This document shows, in pieces, positions 52,190-61,750 of a stretch of 64,000 bases of DNA. The notes below the pieces were generated by a model. The model ran no database searches and was not told the origin of the DNA. It saw only the letters and a list, made by a program, of their open reading frames with translations. Source of the stretch: Thermodesulfobacteriota bacterium (lineage in GTDB: Bacteria; Desulfobacterota_D; UBA1144; Nemesobacterales; UBA2774); contig OZ244991.1 of the NCBI GenBank assembly GCA_965223335.1, forward strand, positions 672,001 to 736,000, given 5' to 3'. Every line of letters starts with the position of its first letter. The first letter of the stretch is position 1. Both the position numbers and the translations under genes were made by a program.

Positions 52190-53254
52190 TTAAGGTAACG
52201 CTATACCAGTATCATCACTTGACCCTGGGGTCCACCACGAGTCCATAGAACCCGTGCCGTCTCCGTTGTTAAGTCCCAAATACCCTACGAAGTACTCATC
52301 ATCGCCACCTAAGATGACTGGGAAGCAATCCCCGGGTATACCTCCAAAATTAATGTCAAAACAGTTAAACCTGTTAAGCGGCATAAAGAGCCATCCTACA
52401 TCAACGCTGTCATTACAGATTCTATTAACCTCGCCCTTAGAGTTGGGGTGGAAGTTATCTATGCCCTTGTCTAACTGTGTCGGGGCACATGAGAATGTAG
52501 TCGGGCTGCAGGATGTGGGGCTCTCAAACTCATCGAATATATGGATCTGAGGAATATCTTCTGTTACATCCCCTGTTGCATCTCCAAACGTCGCTTGGAT
52601 TAATGGACTAGCCAGCACTGAGCTACTATCTATATGCCGATAGACTAAACCCACAACATCCGATAGGTTAGAACCGTCAACGTTGTTGAAGTTTAGGTCT
52701 GCTATGCTCCAGAAATTGTTGCTCAGGAAACCAAAGTCTTCCTGACCAGCAGCATTCGTTCTATACTCATAGTCTCCGTCCCCGTCTATGATCCTGAACA
52801 TACCAATAAGTATGTTCGACGAATTAACCTCAGAGACTACAAACAGGCCATAGCCCTCGTCAAGGTCTGCATTAGGAGCTGAAAATCCTACACCTCCCAA
52901 CCCGTCTGCATCGTTGTTAGACACCAGGTTGCCCAGGTCATATACGTGTGTGTCGCCGGGGGTGTACCGATCGTTAAAGTCCGTTTCCTCGCATACAGTT
53001 GCGGGAGATGTGACGTTGAAGATCTGGACATGTACAGTTGCCGGGCCATTTGAATAATTAGTGACCTGTACAAAGGTCTGGCGGGCCATACGCATATCCC
53101 AGAACACAACAAGCCTGTCTGTGGCCTGATCGGTCTGGTCTATTCTATCGCTATAGCCTCCGAATGGGAGACCCGCCATGGATACCGTCGGGGCAAACAG
53201 TATTAAAGAGAGAACAAAAAGATACTTAAATCTAGATATAACTCTATTCATCAT
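52190..53254 (-). CDS. Secreted protein A4
   Basis: Signal peptide (..SMA); paralog of A1-A3. Confidence 0.9.
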   Translation of the reverse strand: MMNRVISRFKYLFVLSLILFAPTVSMAGLPFGGYSDRIDQTDQATDRLVVFWDMRMARQTFVQVTNYSNGPATVHVQIFNVTSPATVCEETDFNDRYTPGDTHVYDLGNLVSNNDADGLGGVGFSAPNADLDEGYGLFVVSEVNSSNILIGMFRIIDGDGDYEYRTNAAGQEDFGFLSNNFWSIADLNFNNVDGSNLSDVVGLVYRHIDSSSVLASPLIQATFGDATGDVTEDIPQIHIFDEFESPTSCSPTTFSCAPTQLDKGIDNFHPNSKGEVNRICNDSVDVGWLFMPLNRFNCFDINFGGIPGDCFPVILGGDDEYFVGYLGLNNGDGTGSMDSWWTPGSSDDTGIALP

Positions 53255-53300
53255 CTATCCTTCCTCCTGAAATAATTAAATATTAATAGATTTCGAATCA

Positions 53301-53329
53301 AGTTTATAACATTTTTATGCTTTTTACAA
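53301..53329 (-). promoter_or_regulatory. Sigma70-type promoter of unit 4
   Basis: TTGTAA, 17-nt spacer, TAAACT. Confidence 0.6.
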
Positions 53330-53368
53330 CACTTTTTAGCAAATAATCTCTCTTTTTTCGTAATAAAC

Positions 53369-53406
53369 AAAAAGCCGGATGAGTAACCTCTACTCACTCG
53401 GCTCTT
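53369..53406 (-). terminator. Intrinsic terminator, copy 5 (upstream of unit 4)
   Basis: AAAAAGCCGGATGAGTAACCTCTACTCACTCGGCTCTT, homologous to copies 1-4. Confidence 0.75.
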
Positions 53407-53526
53407 ACCCTACCCTATAGACAAAACTAATGACGGAACAATACGCAGTTCCGAAAGACTATCATTCGGATGAAAATAAACTATAAAATCGATATGTATG
53501 AAATAGTGGTTTAATTAGAGAATAAC

Positions 53527-53985
53527 TTAATACACAGGGTCTACCCTTTCAGACTCGCAGACCTCTTTTACCTCGTCCTTAACCAAAGTGCCGTCCCGCC
53601 ATACTCTTTCGCGGATTTTGTGGCACCGTGTGCTCTCGTCATACCCCAGTGGAGCAGCCTCGATCCTTTCGTATCCGTCACGGCTGCGATAGGCCACCGG
53701 ACGTCCCTCTGCCGCAGCCTCATAGGCAGCCTGTTGGGAAATCTCGGTCAGTGCTCCACCCAATACACCGCCCAATAGCCCGCCGATCGCTGCCCCTCTC
53801 CAACCGTTATCCCTGTCTATCAGAGATCCCGCTATGGTACCCACAGCCGTTCCCACGGCTACACCCTGCGCCGTAGCGGGCGATGGACCGGACGTTGTAG
53901 CACAAGACATTAGTCCAAACGATAGTAATACTACTGTTACCAAATATGTAAGGGGTTTATAAATAGTGCTTAGATTATCAATCAT
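53527..53985 (-). CDS. Glycine-zipper lipoprotein
   Basis: Lipobox LMSC; GVAVGTAVGTIAGSLI...GAAIGGLLGGVLGG. RBS GGAGG. Confidence 0.85.
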   Translation of the reverse strand: MIDNLSTIYKPLTYLVTVVLLSFGLMSCATTSGPSPATAQGVAVGTAVGTIAGSLIDRDNGWRGAAIGGLLGGVLGGALTEISQQAAYEAAAEGRPVAYRSRDGYERIEAAPLGYDESTRCHKIRERVWRDGTLVKDEVKEVCESERVDPVY

Positions 53986-54299
53986 GACATCCTCCGTCTC
54001 TCTTTTTACTCTATAGTTTATAAAGTATCATACGATCTCTCATTTTCTACATCTATTTCTCCATACTTAAAATACCCTCATCTATACACTAACCATGATT
54101 ACGTAAAATCGTTTCATGATATTTTGTATAACGTTTATTAATTTCTTGTTGTACAATTATTAACTACTGGAATAAGCTTTATCCTTATATATGATTCAAA
54201 TGGACCTAGAGATTAATAAAATCTGAATAATCTATTTGCTTGATACACTATATAGGGGATAATTATCTAATAGGTATAGAAGCCAAAGGAGACATACTA

Positions 54300-57251
54300 T
54301 TGAACCGAATTTCCAAACTTATGAATAATAAGGTTGTTAAATTAGTTGTACTAACCACACTCGGATACCTTCTTTTTATCACAGCAAACTCAAGAATTGT
54401 TCCAAATAAAGCACTGGCGAGCAATCTGAACGTTACAAACCTGGTGATGCAGTACGTTAAACGGTACTACGTTAACCAGGATGTTGTGGAGCCAAAGCAA
54501 CTGCTGATAAGTGGGCTGGGTAAGCTGGAGAGGGTGCTCGACCAGGTGCTGATAGAGTTCCCTGACGGCGAAGACGGCCCTACGGTAACCGTCCAGGTAG
54601 TTGACGCTAAGACAAGTTTTGATATGAGTCAAGTAAGCAGCGTGGACGACGTAACATCCAAGCTAGAGCAGGTTTTTGAGTTTGTAGCCCCTAAAATCAC
54701 AACCGATGAGCCCAAGATGAAGGACGTCGAGTACGCAGTAGTGGACGAGATGCTTAAATCGCTCGACACTCATTCGGGTATTATCACACCCCAGGTCTAT
54801 AAGGAGTTTATGATTGAAACCGAGGGTAGTTTCGGTGGACTCGGGATCGTAATAGGAATTAGAGACGGTGAGCTCACTGTAATTGCGCCGATCGAAGGCA
54901 CTCCTGCATATAAAGCGGGGATAAAGAGTAACGATAAAATAGTCCAGATAGAGGACGAATCTACTATAAACATGTCTTTGATCCAAGCCGTAAGTAAGCT
55001 GCGTGGTAAAAAAGGCACCCCTGTAAATATTGCGATCAAAAGAGAGAATAATGTTGAGCCTAAGTATATAAAGATAATTAGAGATACTATCAAGATTGAG
55101 AGTGTCGAGACATTCGAGCTAGACAACGATATCCAGTATGTAAGGATAAGAGATTTTCAAAAGAACACACTGGACAGCATACTCGACAACCTAAATAACG
55201 GGGGCCCGGGACCAAAGGGCATCATACTCGACCTACGCGGAAACCCAGGCGGTCTCTTGGATCAGGCAAATAAAGTATCTGACCTGTTCCTTAAAGAAGG
55301 AGTAATAGTAACAACAAAAGCCGGCAAGGCATCTAAACCGTACCTGGCTAAAAACCGGGATTATGAGTTCGACGGTAACGTAGTAGTGCTAGTAGACTCG
55401 GGTAGTGCCAGTGCGTCTGAGATTGTAGCAGGGGCATTAAAGAACAACGAAAGAGCCATTATAATAGGCGAACGTACTTTTGGAAAAGGCTCGGTACAGC
55501 AGATATTCGACCTAAACGACGGATCGGCGCTTAAGCTCACAATCGCTAAATACTACACACCCGGGGACAAATCTATACAGGATATAGGTGTGACACCCGA
55601 CATCATCCTAAACCCGACTATAGTATCGAAAAACAGCTCCAACCTTAATCTTTCGAGCCAACTGCTCACAGAACACGATGACGAGGAATCCAAACAAACG
55701 AGCACTCCACTTGAGATCCCGACATACTCGATCACTTACCTTGAGAATAATAAAGAGGACAACGGCGACGACGAACCCACACCCGAGGAAGCTCTTAGCA
55801 GAGTAGAAAAGCGCAATAAACTCGAGAGTGACTTCTACGTCTCACTCGCAAAAAACATCCTGGGCTCATCCTCTACAACAGAACGCAGGGAATCACTCGG
55901 AGAAATCAAAAAAGAAATAAACCGCATTACACAAAACGAAGAAGTAAAGATCGAGGACAAATGGCAAAATGTCGGCGTTGACTGGTCATATATAGAAGCC
56001 ACAGCCACAAAACCTGTACTCGATATAAATATCGTCCCAAAAAACCCGGCCGTAAATGCCGGCGGGGAGTTGAGCCTAACCGTAGAGGTAGAGAACAAGG
56101 GAGCCGATCCTATATACAGACTCATGGCAAAAACCGAGTCCAAAAACCCACTGCTGGGCAACAAAGAGTTTATTTTCGGCAAGATAGAACCCGGTGAAAA
56201 AAAGATCTGGAGCACCACATTTGAACTCCCGAAATGGATACTCACGAGAATGGACAAGATAGACCTTAAATTCACCGATGCAAACGAATCCGAATTTGAA
56301 AATTACAGTTTTAATCTAAGCATTAAGGAGCAGCCCCGCCCGCTTTACTCCTATAACTACGAAATAGTAGACGACGGCAGGCTAGAGTCCGTCGGCAACG
56401 GCAATGGCATTGCCGAGTTCGGAGAGACAGTGGCCCTGCTCGTAAACGTAAACAATATAGGCCAGGGTATATCAGAAAAAAGTGTACTTACACTAAAGAA
56501 CCTATCCGAGGACACCGTGTTCCTTAACAAAGGCCGGTTCCAGTTTGAGAACCTTGAACAGGGCAAGTCTGACACTGACTATTTTACGTTTACAATCAAA
56601 GATCCCAAAAGCGATGTAGAGCTCGAGTTGCAGATTATAGACGACACCTACAGAGAAGGTGTTATAAGCAAGATCACATTGCCCTCCATAGATAATCCCC
56701 AAGAGATCACAAAGTCCGACCTAAAATACAGGGTTTTGAAAAACAACACTCCCATAAGGGGCGGGGGTTACACACAAGCCCCAATTATCGCGATAGCTGA
56801 GGAAGGTACAATCATTGATTCCGTTGCTGAAAATGACGACTGGATAAAAATTTCGTTAAAAGATTCCAACTCCGGGTGGATCAACAAGAAAAAAGTGATG
56901 GTCACGGACGACACATATGAGGAAAAGGAAGAGGCCGCAAACGGCACACTATCGGATGTGTTCGAAGCCCCTCCTATTATTAACATAGACGTACCACCAG
57001 TCACTACAAGTTCTCCCGAGATATCACTTGTAGGTGATATTAACGATACAGACGGCATAGATCTGATATCAGTTTATGTGGGTGATGACAAGGTAGCACT
57101 GCTCCACACCGTGAAACAGAATGTGCCCGTATCGTTTAAACTCAAGTTGCTAGAAGACATAAACCTCATCACAATCATAGCAAAAGACTCAAAAGGCCTT
57201 CTATCCAAACAGAGCTTCGTTGTAAGAAAAGAGGAACAGCCTAAAGGTTAA
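54300..57251 (+). CDS. Large S41 (CtpA-like) carboxy-terminal protease with PDZ domain and C-terminal Ig-like/SH3-like extensions (MXAN_5808-like)
   Basis: G.FGGLGI.I, GTPA.KAGI, LDLRGNPGGLL, SASASEIVAGAL, TFGKGSVQ, LKLTIAKYYTP. Start uncertain: 54240, 54300 (after RBS AAGGAG) or 54321. Confidence 0.9.
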   Translation: MNRISKLMNNKVVKLVVLTTLGYLLFITANSRIVPNKALASNLNVTNLVMQYVKRYYVNQDVVEPKQLLISGLGKLERVLDQVLIEFPDGEDGPTVTVQVVDAKTSFDMSQVSSVDDVTSKLEQVFEFVAPKITTDEPKMKDVEYAVVDEMLKSLDTHSGIITPQVYKEFMIETEGSFGGLGIVIGIRDGELTVIAPIEGTPAYKAGIKSNDKIVQIEDESTINMSLIQAVSKLRGKKGTPVNIAIKRENNVEPKYIKIIRDTIKIESVETFELDNDIQYVRIRDFQKNTLDSILDNLNNGGPGPKGIILDLRGNPGGLLDQANKVSDLFLKEGVIVTTKAGKASKPYLAKNRDYEFDGNVVVLVDSGSASASEIVAGALKNNERAIIIGERTFGKGSVQQIFDLNDGSALKLTIAKYYTPGDKSIQDIGVTPDIILNPTIVSKNSSNLNLSSQLLTEHDDEESKQTSTPLEIPTYSITYLENNKEDNGDDEPTPEEALSRVEKRNKLESDFYVSLAKNILGSSSTTERRESLGEIKKEINRITQNEEVKIEDKWQNVGVDWSYIEATATKPVLDINIVPKNPAVNAGGELSLTVEVENKGADPIYRLMAKTESKNPLLGNKEFIFGKIEPGEKKIWSTTFELPKWILTRMDKIDLKFTDANESEFENYSFNLSIKEQPRPLYSYNYEIVDDGRLESVGNGNGIAEFGETVALLVNVNNIGQGISEKSVLTLKNLSEDTVFLNKGRFQFENLEQGKSDTDYFTFTIKDPKSDVELELQIIDDTYREGVISKITLPSIDNPQEITKSDLKYRVLKNNTPIRGGGYTQAPIIAIAEEGTIIDSVAENDDWIKISLKDSNSGWINKKKVMVTDDTYEEKEEAANGTLSDVFEAPPIINIDVPPVTTSSPEISLVGDINDTDGIDLISVYVGDDKVALLHTVKQNVPVSFKLKLLEDINLITIIAKDSKGLLSKQSFVVRKEEQPKG

Positions 57252-57259
57252 CCAACCGA

Positions 57260-58189
57260 ATGTTGAAATACATCGTAGGGCGTATATTTACAGGCGCCCT
57301 CGTAGTCGTCATAGTTGCTACGATCACATTTTTTTTGCTAAGAACTCTCCCGGGCGGGCCGTTCGACAGCGAAAAGAAACTCCCCCCGCAGATTAAATTA
57401 AACATAGAGCAAAAGTACAACCTAAACGAGCCGCTACCCAAGCAATACGCTCTGTATATGGAAGGAGTGTTGACCGGTGATTTCGGCCCATCGTACAAAT
57501 ACCTGGACAGATCGGTAAACAGTATCATCAAAGAGACACTCCCGGTATCGATGGAGTTGGGGATCTTAGCGCTCCTCATATCTATTTTTATCGGGAGTGT
57601 AGCGGGTATATTCTCAGCCGTAAGACCACGTGGGATTGTAGATTTTGTCTCCGTGTCAATTGCTACTGCTCTTGTGTCTGTCCCCAGTTTTGTGATAGGC
57701 GCACTCCTTATATATATATTCTCTGTGAAGTTAAAACTACTGCCCGCGGCACTTTGGGGCGGGGCCGAGCACATGGTATTGCCGGCACTTACACTGGCAG
57801 CGGGACCCGCGGCATACTTGGCCCGACTGATCCGCTCGAGCATGCTGGAAACTCGCGATGCACTATTCATAAGGACCGCAAGGGCAAAGGGATTGTCCGA
57901 GGTGCGGGTGGTCCTAAAGCATATACTCAGTAACGCCATAATCCCTGTGGTCACAGTTATGGGACCTATCACCGCGTATTTAGTGACGGGTTCGTTTGTT
58001 GTGGAGCATATATTTGCAATCCCCGGTATAGGGCGGTTCTTTGTAATGGCGGTTTCCAACCGCGACTACCCATTGGTAATGGGTATTACGATCGTATATA
58101 CAATAATTCTTGTGATCGCCAATATCATTGTGGATATATGTTATGTGCTGCTTGATCCCAGGATTAAGTTTGAGCGAAGCCGAATATAG
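57260..58189 (+). CDS. oppB: Oligopeptide ABC transporter permease (OppB-like)
   Basis: PGGPF, GDFGPSY, RTARAKGL...V.LKH.L.NA, GSFVVE.IF.IPG.G, NRDYP. Confidence 0.92.
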   Translation: MLKYIVGRIFTGALVVVIVATITFFLLRTLPGGPFDSEKKLPPQIKLNIEQKYNLNEPLPKQYALYMEGVLTGDFGPSYKYLDRSVNSIIKETLPVSMELGILALLISIFIGSVAGIFSAVRPRGIVDFVSVSIATALVSVPSFVIGALLIYIFSVKLKLLPAALWGGAEHMVLPALTLAAGPAAYLARLIRSSMLETRDALFIRTARAKGLSEVRVVLKHILSNAIIPVVTVMGPITAYLVTGSFVVEHIFAIPGIGRFFVMAVSNRDYPLVMGITIVYTIILVIANIIVDICYVLLDPRIKFERSRI

Positions 58190-58194
58190 CCGAG

Positions 58195-58932
58195 ATGAAC
58201 AACATCAAACTAATAATCGAGTACGACGGCACCGAGTATCAGGGTTGGCAGAGGCAAAACTCGGGGCCCACCGTGCAGGGCACTATCGAAGAGGCACTTG
58301 GGAAAATAACAAATCAACAGATTGTGCTCTTGGGCTCGGGACGCACCGACTCGGGCGTGCACGCTATGGCACAGGTCGCAAATTTCAAAACCAACTCAGC
58401 CATAGAGCCCCGAAACATCATGCAGGGACTAAATTCCATCCTGCCCGACGATATTACTATTAAAGATGCAGCTGGGGTGGAAGACAACTTCCATGCACAG
58501 TTCTCTGCAAAAAAGAAATCGTATATCTACAAGATCCTATACCGTCCCTACCCCACATCCTTGCTCCGAAAAAGGGTATGGCACATCCCTTACGAGATGG
58601 ACCTTGGTCTTATGAAAGAGGCAGCCGAACTCATATCTGGCGAGCATGACTTCAACGCTTTCGCCCAGGCAGGCTCCACGGTATCGAGCACCGTAAGGCA
58701 TGTATACAGTGCCGGGTTTATAGATTACCAAGACGATATACTTGTGTTTCGAATCGAGGCAAACGGGTTTTTAAAAAGGATGGTGAGGCTTCTGGTGGGC
58801 ACACTTGTTCAGGTGGGCAAGGGCAGGTTAAGTGTAGATGGTTTTTCCGAGCTCATACGAAGCGGCGACAAAACTCCTCAGTTATTTGCGGCACCACCTT
58901 GGGGTCTATATCTTGAACAGGTGACTTATTAA
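58195..58932 (+). CDS. truA: tRNA pseudouridine(38-40) synthase
   Basis: EYDGT.Y.GWQ.Q, GSGRTDSGVHA..QVA, G.HDF.AF, GFLKRMVR, AP..GLYL. Confidence 0.96.
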   Translation: MNNIKLIIEYDGTEYQGWQRQNSGPTVQGTIEEALGKITNQQIVLLGSGRTDSGVHAMAQVANFKTNSAIEPRNIMQGLNSILPDDITIKDAAGVEDNFHAQFSAKKKSYIYKILYRPYPTSLLRKRVWHIPYEMDLGLMKEAAELISGEHDFNAFAQAGSTVSSTVRHVYSAGFIDYQDDILVFRIEANGFLKRMVRLLVGTLVQVGKGRLSVDGFSELIRSGDKTPQLFAAPPWGLYLEQVTY

Positions 58933-58958
58933 AAAAGAGATTATCTAAGAGGTGTGAG

Positions 58959-59720
58959 ATGAAAATAGTACGATTTAAAACGGATGGTGGAGATATCAAA
59001 TATGGTGTGCTTAACGATAGCACAATAAATGAACTTAACGGCAATATTTTCGAGAAGATAGAACCTCTCGATAACACTTATGCTACGGGTGATGTAACAA
59101 TCCTCCCCCCCACCTCGCCAACCAAGATTGTCGCCATAGGGCTTAACTACAAAGACCACGCGCTTGAGATGGGGACAGAACTACCCGAAGAACCGCGCAT
59201 GTTCCTAAAACCAAGTACCACAGTTATAGGCCATAAAGACCGGATAATACTCCCAAACCATATGTCCAAACGGGTGGATTACGAAGGGGAGCTAGCTGTA
59301 ATAATAGGCAGACAGTCTAGGCATGTCGCCATTGGTGATGCAGGCGATTATATCTTAGGATACACATGCCTAAACGATGTCACTGCGCGCGATCTGCAAG
59401 CCAAAGACATCCAGTTCACAAGAGCCAAGGGGTTTGACACATTTGCCCCCGTGGGGCCTGTAATAGAGACAGAAGTAGACCCCGGTTCACTCGAGATCTC
59501 TACCTATCTAAACGGCGAGCGCAAACAGCACTCCAACACCTCAGAGCTCATATTCAACGTATATGAACTTCTGAGCTTCGTATCAGCGGTGATGACACTT
59601 TATCCGGGCGACATTATTTCGACCGGCACCCCAGCCGGGGTGTCCCCGATGAAAAGCGGAGATATCGTAGAAGTGGAGATCGAAGGGATCGGCAGGCTTA
59701 GGAACACTGTTTCGGACTAA
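58959..59720 (+). CDS. Fumarylacetoacetate hydrolase family protein
   Basis: KIV.IGLNY.DH, FLKP, DYEGEL, NDVTARD.Q, RAKGFDTF.P.GP, PGD.I.TGTP.G. Confidence 0.93.
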   Translation: MKIVRFKTDGGDIKYGVLNDSTINELNGNIFEKIEPLDNTYATGDVTILPPTSPTKIVAIGLNYKDHALEMGTELPEEPRMFLKPSTTVIGHKDRIILPNHMSKRVDYEGELAVIIGRQSRHVAIGDAGDYILGYTCLNDVTARDLQAKDIQFTRAKGFDTFAPVGPVIETEVDPGSLEISTYLNGERKQHSNTSELIFNVYELLSFVSAVMTLYPGDIISTGTPAGVSPMKSGDIVEVEIEGIGRLRNTVSD

Positions 59721-59734
59721 GCCAGTTGTTGGTA

Positions 59735-61690
59735 TTAATTAAGCCCAAGAACTATCTTTGCTTCCTTGGCTATCTGTTCGGTAAGTGCGTGGTCAAGCGC
59801 TCTTTGTGCATGGATCCTGGAGCTTTTTTTGTCGCCGAGGGCATAATAAATTTTAGCCAGATTCAAATGTGCCTCGGCAAAATACGGTGCAACATCAAGG
59901 CTCTTTTTAGCCCACTTCTCGGCTACTAAATATTTGTCACGTGATTTTTCCTGCCCGGCTTTTATCATATAGATGCCGCTTAATAGATAATAGGTGTTTT
60001 CGTTATAGGGGTTTATCTCAACCGATTTCAGTAGGTACCTCTCGGCCGACGCCGGGTCGTTTTTTCTAAGCGCGAGCGAGGCCTTTTGGAAATAGTACTC
60101 AGCCCCTGTGGTCGGGTCGAGTTCAAACGACCTATCCAACCATTTCTCTGCGTTGGGATAGTCTCTCTCTAACATATATGTGATGCTTAGCTGTGAGGCC
60201 GCACGCGATTTCCCACGGTCCCGCGCTGCTATCCGGGGGCTTAGTGCTAGCTCAAACTGCTCTTTGGCGGCTTTATACTCACCGGCTTTCAATAACTCGG
60301 TACCGTAATTTAACTTAGGGGTAATAGTGTTGGTGGAACGCTCCGTAGCGACGCTTCTCCAAAGGGTAATGTTGTCCCTCCATATCGACTGACCATTTAC
60401 CGTTATAAACATGTAGATTAGAGAGACTACAACAACCGCAACATAGCCGATATTCTCACGTCTAAACTCGCCTGAGACACGCACTATTGCATATGATAGG
60501 AGCAAACAAAACCCGGCAGACGGTATATATAAAAACCTCTCGGCTAGGGGCGAGATTGCAATATTAATAAACGCCACCATAACCGCAGGACCCAAGGAGG
60601 CCAGGACCCAGAGTACACAAAACGATGTTATGTTCTCTTTTCTAAACGCCGATGCCAGTGCCGTCACACTAAGAGCGGCCAGCACTAAAAACCCAAGCAC
60701 CGAGTACAATACACTGGTAGGTACATATGGGATAAACGGGTTTAGATCGTAAGGCAGTAATAGTTTCTTTAAATAAAACAGATAGCTGTTTAGGAATATG
60801 CGTATAAATTCCATCACGCCATAATTGGTCTCGGCAAGCACCATGTTCTCCTGCGGGTTGTCGCTTGTGACCCCGGGAATAATGATTGTCGAATATGCAC
60901 GTGAGTAGAAATAAAAGACGATTATTAATGTGAACACGCCATAACCTAGAATACTGTTTCGGTCTAACCTGCGAGTAATTAGATCATAGCCCACAAGCAC
61001 AAAAGGCAGGTAAAAGGCTACCTCTTTGGACAATAGCGCCAGATAAAAGAGAAGGCCCGAGAGCAAAACATACAGAACTCTCTTTGGTGATAACGCATAG
61101 AGGTATAGCGAACCCATTGTGAACAATGCCGCCAACACATCCCCCCTGGCAGCCACAAATGATATCGACTCCACATGCATCGGATGCAATGCAAAGAGCA
61201 ACGAGGCCCCAAACGCTATATAGTTACCCTTAGCCACATTGAAGGTAAGCAATAGCAATAACGAGAGATAGTAGAGGAGCAGTGTGCAGCCAGCGTGTAG
61301 GAGGATGTTTGTAACCTGAAAACCGTTTCTCGTAGTTCCCCACAAACCGTTATCTATAATTAATGATGCCCTGTAAGCCGGGCGGTAGTATTTTTTAGTT
61401 TTTACCTCGTGCTGCTCTGAGAATATGAGGTTTAGCCCCAGTTTCGATTTCTCGAGCTTGGGCGCGTTCTGCTCGATCTGTGTGACCTCGTCCCATACAA
61501 ATTCGTGGTTAAGCGACGGCAGATACACAGCTGTTGATACCAAGACCAACAATATCGAGACAAGCCAACGCTTGGAGATAAGGTTTTCTACTACTCCCGT
61601 GCCATTATCAATCGTGTGACTGGGCAATACCGGGTCGGGTTTTTGTCCCTTTTGTTTTACTCTTTTTTTGCCGCGTTTATCTTTAGCCAT
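59735..61690 (-). CDS. TMTC-like GT-C membrane protein with C-terminal TPRs
   Basis: FVWDE, YYRP, LFALHPMHVESI, R.D.L, LSKE, AERFLYIPS, W.DN.TLW, followed by TPRs. Confidence 0.85.
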   Translation of the reverse strand: MAKDKRGKKRVKQKGQKPDPVLPSHTIDNGTGVVENLISKRWLVSILLVLVSTAVYLPSLNHEFVWDEVTQIEQNAPKLEKSKLGLNLIFSEQHEVKTKKYYRPAYRASLIIDNGLWGTTRNGFQVTNILLHAGCTLLLYYLSLLLLLTFNVAKGNYIAFGASLLFALHPMHVESISFVAARGDVLAALFTMGSLYLYALSPKRVLYVLLSGLLFYLALLSKEVAFYLPFVLVGYDLITRRLDRNSILGYGVFTLIIVFYFYSRAYSTIIIPGVTSDNPQENMVLAETNYGVMEFIRIFLNSYLFYLKKLLLPYDLNPFIPYVPTSVLYSVLGFLVLAALSVTALASAFRKENITSFCVLWVLASLGPAVMVAFINIAISPLAERFLYIPSAGFCLLLSYAIVRVSGEFRRENIGYVAVVVVSLIYMFITVNGQSIWRDNITLWRSVATERSTNTITPKLNYGTELLKAGEYKAAKEQFELALSPRIAARDRGKSRAASQLSITYMLERDYPNAEKWLDRSFELDPTTGAEYYFQKASLALRKNDPASAERYLLKSVEINPYNENTYYLLSGIYMIKAGQEKSRDKYLVAEKWAKKSLDVAPYFAEAHLNLAKIYYALGDKKSSRIHAQRALDHALTEQIAKEAKIVLGLN

Positions 61691-61750
61691 TATGTTTCTT
61701 AGGCACTTTGTCCGAGTCTATAAACTCAACTTGTACAACACCCTCAACTC

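Larger units (their letters stand above)
40073..53406 (-). repeat. Tandem array of four ~3.3-kb promoter-A-B-terminator units
   Basis: B stop codons at 40263, 43629, 46921 and 50169; long near-identical DNA blocks between units. Confidence 0.95.

Noticed and set aside
40073..53406. Diversity-generating retroelement or shufflon as the cause of array variation
   Set aside because: There is no reverse transcriptase or site-specific recombinase in the window, differences are not adenine-specific, and all units have the same orientation.
40073..53406. CRISPR array or mobile element suggested by the repeated ~40-nt hairpin
   Set aside because: The repeats are ~3.3 kb apart, lie after genes and have terminator structure. 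No cas or transposase genes are present.
40073..53406. Array as a pure assembly artefact
   Set aside because: Each unit has a unique central domain, unique intergenic sequence and scattered synonymous differences. Local mis-joins within the identical blocks cannot be excluded without reads.
57241..58059. 272-aa minus-strand ORF
   Set aside because: It is fully antisense to a clear oppB gene and has no recognisable motifs.
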